Below are positions 56,238 to 64,000 of a DNA stretch of 64,000 nt, piece after piece (within the stretch, counting starts at the first letter, position 1; the number at the start of each line of letters is the position of its first letter). This DNA comes from the human T2T-CHM13v2.0 reference genome, Homo sapiens, in assembly GCF_009914755.1 (NCBI RefSeq), contig NC_060932.1; one strand, written 5' to 3'. A program made the translations under genes and the position numbers. The notes under the pieces were generated by a model. The model ran no database searches. It had not been told where the DNA came from and was given only the letters and a program-made list of their open reading frames with translations.

Positions 56238-56740
56238 GAGTTTAACGACTTTAGATACCTTATATAAGTGGAATCATGAAGTTTTTGCTCTGTGACTGAC
56301 TTGTTTCACTTAGCATAATGTCCTCCAGGTTCATCCATGCTGTCATAAATGGCAGAATTTCCTTCTTTTGTAAAGCTGAATAACATTGCAATGTATACAT
56401 ATACCACATTTCCTTTATCCATTCATCAGCTGACAGACACTTGGTTTGCTTCTATGTCTTGGCTACTATGAATAGTGCTGCAATGAACATGGGAGTGCTG
56501 ATATGACTTCATTTCCTTTGGCTATATACCCAGAAATGAGATTACTGGATCATATGGTAGTTCTGGGTTTAATTTTCTGAGGAGCCTCCACACTTTTTTC
56601 AAACTCATAAAAGCAGAGAATACGATGGTTGCCATGGATTGGGGGTTGGGGGAATGGGAAGTTGTTGCTCAATAGATACAGGGTTTGAACCATGCAAGAT
56701 GAATAAGTTCTAGAAATTGACTGTATAACACAGTGCTTAG
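56238..56740. mobile_element. L1MA/L1MB-type fragment with 5' inversion (56238-56598 minus, 56599-56740 plus)
   Basis: The two parts are adjacent in the L1 consensus but lie in opposite orientation. Confidence 0.85.
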
Positions 56741-57483
56741 GCAGAACCATCAGGATTTAATCCCTTCCTCAAAGGCCTCACCACTTAATCTCTACCCCCA
56801 AAGCCTTCCTCTTCCTAGGGAACTCTATTCACTGCTCTTCTGATACAGAGTACTGTAAATTACTATGCAAATAAGGAACTATTGGGGCCCACTGGGGCAG
56901 GATCCTAACTCCTCTGCCATTTTCCATCCCACGCTCAAAAATCGGTATCTACTTTAAAATGAACACTATGGAATACTAATATAATTAAAGAGAAATTTAA
57001 AGTTTTCTAAATTCTTCCATCACCAATAATTAAAAGACAAAATCACTCCCTTGCCCCCAACTTCCTTTTGTATTACGAACGATGAGTACATTCTCTGAGA
57101 GAATATAAAATATCTCTCTTTCACTTGTAATCTCTCTGGGGAAGTCATTTCAGGACTTTTTATTATTACTTTAAGGAAGATGTGCTAATAAGAATTCAGC
57201 ATTCAAAGGGAGATACCAGGCTGTGGGCCTTAGGCCTTTGGAGACTTGGGGCATAGGGAGTTTCTGCAAGTGATTCTATTGACTCTAAAAACATTGAACA
57301 AACATTATCAAAAGCCTGGCATTCAGTGGGATATTTGTCTTTTTATCTGTCCATTGGGTACCTTCTGAGTAGAATCCTTGGTGACAGAATCAAACACCAA
57401 AGTGCCAACTTCTTTAGAACCAGGCAGAAGTGCAAAGCCTGAATAACGGCCTTTGATTCTTTTCAAAAAGCAAGTTGTTGGAT

Positions 57484-57511
57484 GGGGGTGGGGGTAGGGG
57501 TAGGGGTAGGG
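57484..57511 (+). repeat. G-rich tandem (GGGGTA-like), potential G-quadruplex
   Basis: G5-T-G5-TA-G4-TA-G4-TA-G3. Confidence 0.85.
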
Positions 57512-58498
57512 CTGGAAGGAGAGAGGCCAAGACCCAGTGTCCTGTTCCACTGTCTAGAAAGCTTTGAGCAGTATTACTTTTGGTCTTTTGTCATTTTTGC
57601 TTCAAATGGGGAATTTTTCTAATGTGCTTAAACACTGGAGTAATACTGGTGATAGAATTGGATAACTTGTATTTGGGTGGAAATATATAGAAACTGAAGC
57701 AAGTTTATTATGATTGAGAAAGTAGGTGTTGTGTCTTGGGACTCATGAATTTCTTATTATTTTATGTTTGGTTTCAAAAAGAAAAGTTTCATTTTTCTAC
57801 TACCTAAGCTGAAAAAAAAAAACCACAACTGTATAATTCTAAATTCTTATCTATTTCCTAGGATCCATTAACTATTAACAGGTCACATTCACATTTGCCA
57901 TTTATGTGTTTACGTAAATATTAACAGATGGCTTATACACTTTGCAAGGGAGAAAAGGAATCATATTGTGTTTTTACTTACATTTTCATCTTCAAGGCAA
58001 TTTGTGCATTAGTTTTAATAAAATATTTTATTTTAATTAAGTTAAAAACTTACCTATTATTCTTAATTTCTAATCTATGATTAAAAATTGAATTTCAAAT
58101 ATAATTTTGAAAAATATAAGACTAATTTTATTTATGACTTTACTCAAGGTAGCATTCTGGTCATGCAAACAAGTTGGTTTGGGGAAGAGATAGAAATAGT
58201 CTTCCAAATTTTAATGTGTTCCATGTTCTGGAATTGCTGTCATAAACAAAATAAAACTTTCACTATTTCAAATACAAGAAGAATCTTCATGGATGCTTTA
58301 GAGCAGTAGCCTGATATTTTTTCCCATTTGATATTTTCTTTGCTTTTCATATGCTTTAATTATTGTTTACCATCTTGTTGACCCTTAAGTCAATTTCTTT
58401 ACTTTAATGTTCTGGCCTAATTTTTCAAGGCAGGGAACCCTTCCTTTGATTCCCCTTAACACTGGTAACCAGTATTTTAAAAACCATAATGATGTTAC

Positions 58499-59307
58499 TG
58501 ATACGGGATGGAGGGGGCAGGGAAGTGCTGGGTAGAGAAGATCAAGGTCTCTGGCAAGGGCTCCACCCTTGGGCCTGTGCCCACGGACCTAAGTGAGAAT
58601 AGGCACTCCAATTTTCAAGCTCAAATGTTGCATTTTCCAAGACCACTCTAGCCCACCACACCCCCATATACTGTGCCCATAAAAACCTGAAACTGTAGTG
58701 GGCACGAACGCAAGTGGCGGGACCTTGAGAGGAGCAGGAGAGCACACGAACAGACACCAGCAGACACTGGCAGACAGTGTTGACAGCAGAATGACGCAGA
58801 TGCCGAGGGGAAATCGGCCAGGGGTGGTCAGAGGAGAGTCCGGCTGCTGGGCAGCCTGACTCCAGAGGAAGACCACCTTCACACTCCATCTCCCTTCTGG
58901 CTCCCCATCCACCTCACTGAGAGCTACTTCTACCACTCAATAAACTCTTGCACCCATCCTCCAAGCCCACATGTGATCTGATTTTTCCAGTACACTAGGG
59001 CAAGGACCCAGGATACAGAAAGCCCTCTGTCCTTGGGATAAGGCAGAGGGTCTAAATGAGCTGGTTGACACAAGCTGCCTGCTGACTGCAAAAATGAAAG
59101 AGCACACTGTAACACATGCCCACTGGGGCTTCAGGAGCTGTTAACACGCAACCCTAGATGCTGCTGTGGGTTTGGAAACCAAAAATGCTCCCCACGACCT
59201 GCCCATCTGCATGCTCCCTGTAGGGGTTTGAGCAGCCCGGTACTCAAGAAGTGAGCCACATCCCTGTTGCACACCCTGTGAGGGGGATAAAGAAACCTCC
59301 TGTTTCT
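58499..59307 (+). mobile_element. LTR1-family (ERV1) solo LTR
   Basis: TGATACGG...CTGGGTAGA...CCCATAAAAAC...CAATAAA...CCTGTTTCT; perfect TSD TTAC (58495, 59308). Confidence 0.9.
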
Positions 59308-59607
59308 TTACTGAGTAGTAGAGAGAGCATAAGGAAGATATGCAAATGAACCATAATAAGGATAAATGCAGTAAAGCTCTTCAAATACAGTCTTTATCAT
59401 CTTTGTTAAGATTACCATATTTTTACCCCCCCAAAAAGTTAATAGGTATGCTGCTTATTGCTTTTGAATTCTCTAGTATCAGTCTGTGCTCTGTCACTTG
59501 AAAGATAACTTTAATTTACTCAATTTCCTTCAAGCAAAAGCTAAAGGAATGAGTACTCAAACCCTGCCTCCTCCCAACCCTGTTCCAGTTTCCTATCTGA
59601 GGGAGGA

Positions 59608-60120
59608 CATCCATTCATTCAATACATATTTATTAAATGCTCACTACATGCCAATCAGTGTTAAGTGCAGTAAATAGGACAGATAATATCAATAACTCTC
59701 ACTCTCGTGGGGCTGATATCCTAGTTGGGAGACAGGCAAAATCAAACAAAGAAACAAACGAATAATTTCTGAGAGTGACCTGAAAGCAAAACAGCGTGAT
59801 ATGATTGGGTGGTTTCCAGGGTCTTAGAAGGGGTGCTGCATTCAATTTGTTCAAGGAAAGCTTCTCTGAGAAGGTTGCAATTGATCAGCCATGGGTGTTG
59901 GGAGTAGGACTAACTGCAAAAATAGTAGGACTGTTTGGGCTAGATGCGTTCAAGAATGAAAAGAACAGTGTGACAATAGCTTGATGAGCAAAACCCACAC
60001 ACAAGACAGAAAACAGGCAGGATCCTATCCGGTAGAGATTGGTAGGTCATGGAGGGGAGTTCAGGTTTTATTCTAATTGCCACTAGAAGCACTAGGGAGA
60101 GGAGAATGATATCTACTTTA
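59608..60120 (-). mobile_element. L2 3' fragment
   Basis: CATTCATTCAATACATATTTATTAAATGCTCACTACATGCCA. Confidence 0.85.
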
Positions 60121-60185
60121 CTCCATCAGAATAATTAACATTGGTTACTTTGGCAGATTTTTTATTTCAAACAACAGTTTACTTA

Positions 60186-60667
<482 letters not shown>

Positions 60668-60877
60668 GTGCCACAGGCTAACAGTGTCACGTCAAAGCAC
60701 ATGGGAACCAGTTTGAAGGCAAGACTAAAATATTAGGTAATTTAAGCATTCACAAAAAGATAACACATTATATTTTTTAAAGTCTCTTTTCTTAGTGAGA
60801 GAGGAAAAAAAGAGGAAAAAAGAGAAGACAAAGCTCTTCTTAATGAATGCAAAATAAATGTATAAGCTATTATATTA

Positions 60878-63153
60878 TAATATGGTTTGGCTGTGTCCCC
60901 ACCCAAATCTCATCTTGAATTGCAGCTCCTATAATTCTCATGTATTGTGGGAAGGACCTGGTGGGAGATAATTGAATCATGGGGGCAATTTCCCCCATAC
61001 TGTTCTTGAGGTAGTGAATAAGTATCAAGAGATCTGATGGCTTGATAAGGGGTTTCTCCTTTTGCTTGGCTCTCACTCTCTTGTCTGCCACCATGTAAGA
61101 CATGCCTTTTGCCTTCCACCATGATTGTGAGGTCTCCCCACCCACCTGGAACTGTGAATCCATTAAACCTCTTTTTCTTTATAAATTACCCAGTCTCAGG
61201 GATGTCTTTATCAGCAGTGAAAACAGACTAATAGAGTAAATTGGTACCAGTAGAATGAGGTGCTGCTGATGTGGAAGCAACTTTGAAATGGAATAACAGG
61301 CAGAGGTTGGAAGAGTTTGGAGGGCTCAGAAGAAGACAGGAAAATGTGGTAAAGTTTGGAACTTCCTAGACACTTGTTGAATGGCTTTGACCGAAATGCT
61401 GATAGTTACATGGACGATGAAATCTAGGCTGAGGTGGTCTCAGATGGATATGAGAAACTTGTTGGCAATTGGAGTAAAGGTGACTATTGTTATGTTTTAG
61501 CAAAGAGACTGGCAGCATTTTGCCCCTGCCCTAGAGATTTATGAAACTTTGAAATTGAGGGAGTTGCTTTAGGGTATCTGGCAGAAGAAATTTCTAAGCA
61601 GCAAGCATTCAAATGGTGACTTGGATGCTGTTAAAAGCATTCAGGTTTGAAAGGGAAACAGAGCTTAAAAGTTTGGAAAATTTGCAGCCTGATGATGTGA
61701 TAAAAAAGAAAAACCCAGTTTCTGAGAAGAAATTCAAGCCAGCTGCAGAAATTTGCATAAGTAACAAGGAGCCAAATGTTAATCATCAAGACAACGGGAA
61801 AATTGTCTCCAAGGCATGTCAGAGACCTTTGCAGCAGCCCCTCCCATTACAGGCCTGGAGGCCTAGGAGGAAAAAAAAGGTTTTGTGGGCCAGGCCCAGG
61901 CCCCCCTACTGTGTGCAGCCTAGGGACTTGGTGACCTGCATCCCACTAGCTATGGTTAAAAGGGGCCAAGGTACAGTTTGGGCTGTGGTTTCAGAAGTTA
62001 CAAGACCCAAGCCCTGGAAGCTTCCACATGGTGTTGAGCCTGTGGGTGCACAGGAGTCAAGAATTGAGTTTAGGAACCTCCACCTACATTTCAGAGGATG
62101 TGTAGAAACATGTGGATGTCCAGTCAGAAGTTTGTTTCAGGGGCGGGGCCCTCATGGAGAACCTCTGCTAGGACAGTGCAGAAGAGAAATGTGAAGTTGA
62201 AGACCCCACACAGAGTCCTCACTGGGGCCCTGCCTAGTGGAGCTGTGAGAAGAAGGCCACCATCCAACAACCCCAGAATGATAGATCCACTGATAGTTTG
62301 CACCACGCACCTGGAAAACCCACAGGCACTCAACTCCAGTCCATGAAAGCAGCTGGGAGGGAGTCTGTACCTTGCAAAGCTGCAGGGCCAGAGCTGACTA
62401 AGACCATGGGAGCCCACCTCTTGCATCAGTGTAACCTGGATGTACAACATGGAATCAAAGGAGATCATTTTGGAGCTTTAAGATTTGACTGCCCCACTGG
62501 ATTTTGGACTTTCATGGGGCCTTTAGCCCCTTTGTTTTGCCCAATTTCTCCCATTTGGAATGGGCATATTTATCCAATGAATGTGCCCCCATTGTATCTA
62601 GGAAGCAACTAACTTGCTTTTTATTTTACAGGCTTATAGGCTGAAAGGACTTGCCTCGTCTCAGATGAGACTTTGGACTGTGGACTTTTGAGTTAATGCT
62701 GAAATGAGTTAAGACTTTGGGGGACTGTTGGGAAGGCAAGACTGCTTTTGAAATGTGAAGACTTGAGATTTGGGAGAGGCCAGGGGTGGAAATGCTATGG
62801 TTTGGCTGTGTCCCCACCCAAATCTCATCTTAAATTGTAGCTCTCATAAAAGTCATGTGTTGTGGGAGGGACCCAGTGGGAGAGAATCAAATCATCGGGG
62901 CAGTTTCCCCCTACTGTTCTCATGGTAGTGAATAAGTCCAGTGAGATCTGATGGTTTTATAAGGGTTTTCCCATTTCACTTGGTCTAATTTTCTCTTGTC
63001 TGCCACCATGTTAAGACCTGCCTTTCACCTTCTACCATGATTATGAGGCTGCCCTAGCCAAGTGGAACTGTCAGTCTATTAAACCTCTTTTTCTCCATAA
63101 ATTACCCAGTCTCGTGTATGTCTTTATTAGCAGTGTGAAAACAGACTAATATA
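60878..63153 (+). mobile_element. Full-length THE1 (ERVL-MaLR): LTR 60878-61235, internal 61236-62792, LTR 62793-63153
   Basis: Two direct LTRs, ~1.55 kb THE1-int starting GTAAATTGGTACC, purine-rich tract before the 3' LTR, perfect 5-bp TSD TATTA; ORFs 61613-62194 and neighbours are broken THE1-int ORF pieces. Confidence 0.97.
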
Positions 63154-63462
63154 TATTATTTTCTCAAAATTGTACCCCCGCCCCCAATGTAATAAGAGAT
63201 TCAGTAAATGATCAAAAATGGTGATTTTCAGGTAAAATATTTTGAAGAACAAGATATTCACATGAAATTCAAAGTGTCATCCTACAGATAACTTATTAAT
63301 TACAAGGGGAAAATGTCTCCTTATAATGAAAGGGATAACTCTACCAAGTGATCAGACTTAAAATCAATACTGGGAAAATCACAAAGAAACAAAACTCTGT
63401 CATTATATGCCTCTTGATGGGAGTGTGAGTAGATAATTTTCAAAAAGAGATCAAATTATGGC

Positions 63463-63839
63463 TGTCAGGCCTTTGAGCCCAAGCCTGCACCTATGCATCC
63501 AGATGGCCTGAAGCAAGTGAAAAATCACAAAAGAAGTGAAAATGGCCAGTTCCTGCCTTAACTGATGACATTACCTTGTGAAATTCCTTCTCCTGGCTCA
63601 TCCTGGCTCAAAAGCTCCCCCACTGAGCACCTTGTGACCCCCACCCCTGCCAGCCAGAGAACGACCCCCTTTGACTTGTAATTTTCCACTACCTACCCAA
63701 ATGCTATAAAACAGCCCCACCCCATCTCCCTTCGCTGACTCTCTTTTCGGACTCAGCCCGCCTGCACCCATGTGATTAAAAAGCTTTATTGCTCACACAA
63801 AGCCTGTTTGGTGGTCTCTTCACACAGACGCGTGTGAAA
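63463..63839 (+). mobile_element. LTR7-family (HERV-H) solo LTR
   Basis: TGTCAGGCCT..GAGCCCAAG start, TATAAAA, TTGCTCACACAAAGCCTGTTTGGTGGTCTCTTCACAC end; TSD ATGGC/ATGAC; no His-PBS follows. Confidence 0.95.
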
Positions 63840-64000
63840 ATGACTCTCATACAGATATAAAATAAACACATTACAAAGATTTTAGTTAACTCATTAACGC
63901 ATGAGAGAACCAGTTAGACGTCATAACTGGTTCAAAAGAGAATTCAAACAACAGACACATTTATAGATGATTATTGAAGTGAAAATGGTACAAAGGAGAG

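Noticed and set aside
63045-63062. PRDM9 hotspot motif position in the THE1 LTRs
   Set aside because: Neither copy (TCTCCCCACCCAC; CTGCCCTAGCCAA) matches CCNCCNTNNCCNC

Overview
This is primate (very likely human or ape) nuclear DNA, intronic or intergenic, AT-rich and CpG-poor, and mostly interspersed repeats. I found no supportable host protein-coding exon, RNA gene or CRISPR array. The ORF track is explained by Alu, L1 ORF2, THE1-internal and LTR sequence, or by chance. Main contents: a minus-strand MER4-group ERV1 remnant (1-3472); an ancient ERV1 with LTR, tRNA-Gln-like PBS and readable RT/RNase H/integrase fossils (9017-~14800); about 17 Alus or Alu fragments; several old L1M blocks with nested insertions; a 5'-truncated L1PA; MLT1/MLT2 LTRs; hAT-Charlie and Tc2 DNA-transposon fossils; MIR and L2 fragments; and a terminal cluster of same-strand LTR1, full-length THE1 and solo LTR7. 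I do not see a convincing new biological system. The best leads are mechanistic fossils (shared endonuclease site, a chain of MITEs joined at TCTAGA, a half-Alu with TSD, a twin-primed old L1) and candidate regulatory elements. Family names come from memory of consensus sequences, not a database search, so subfamily calls and the boundaries of old elements are approximate.
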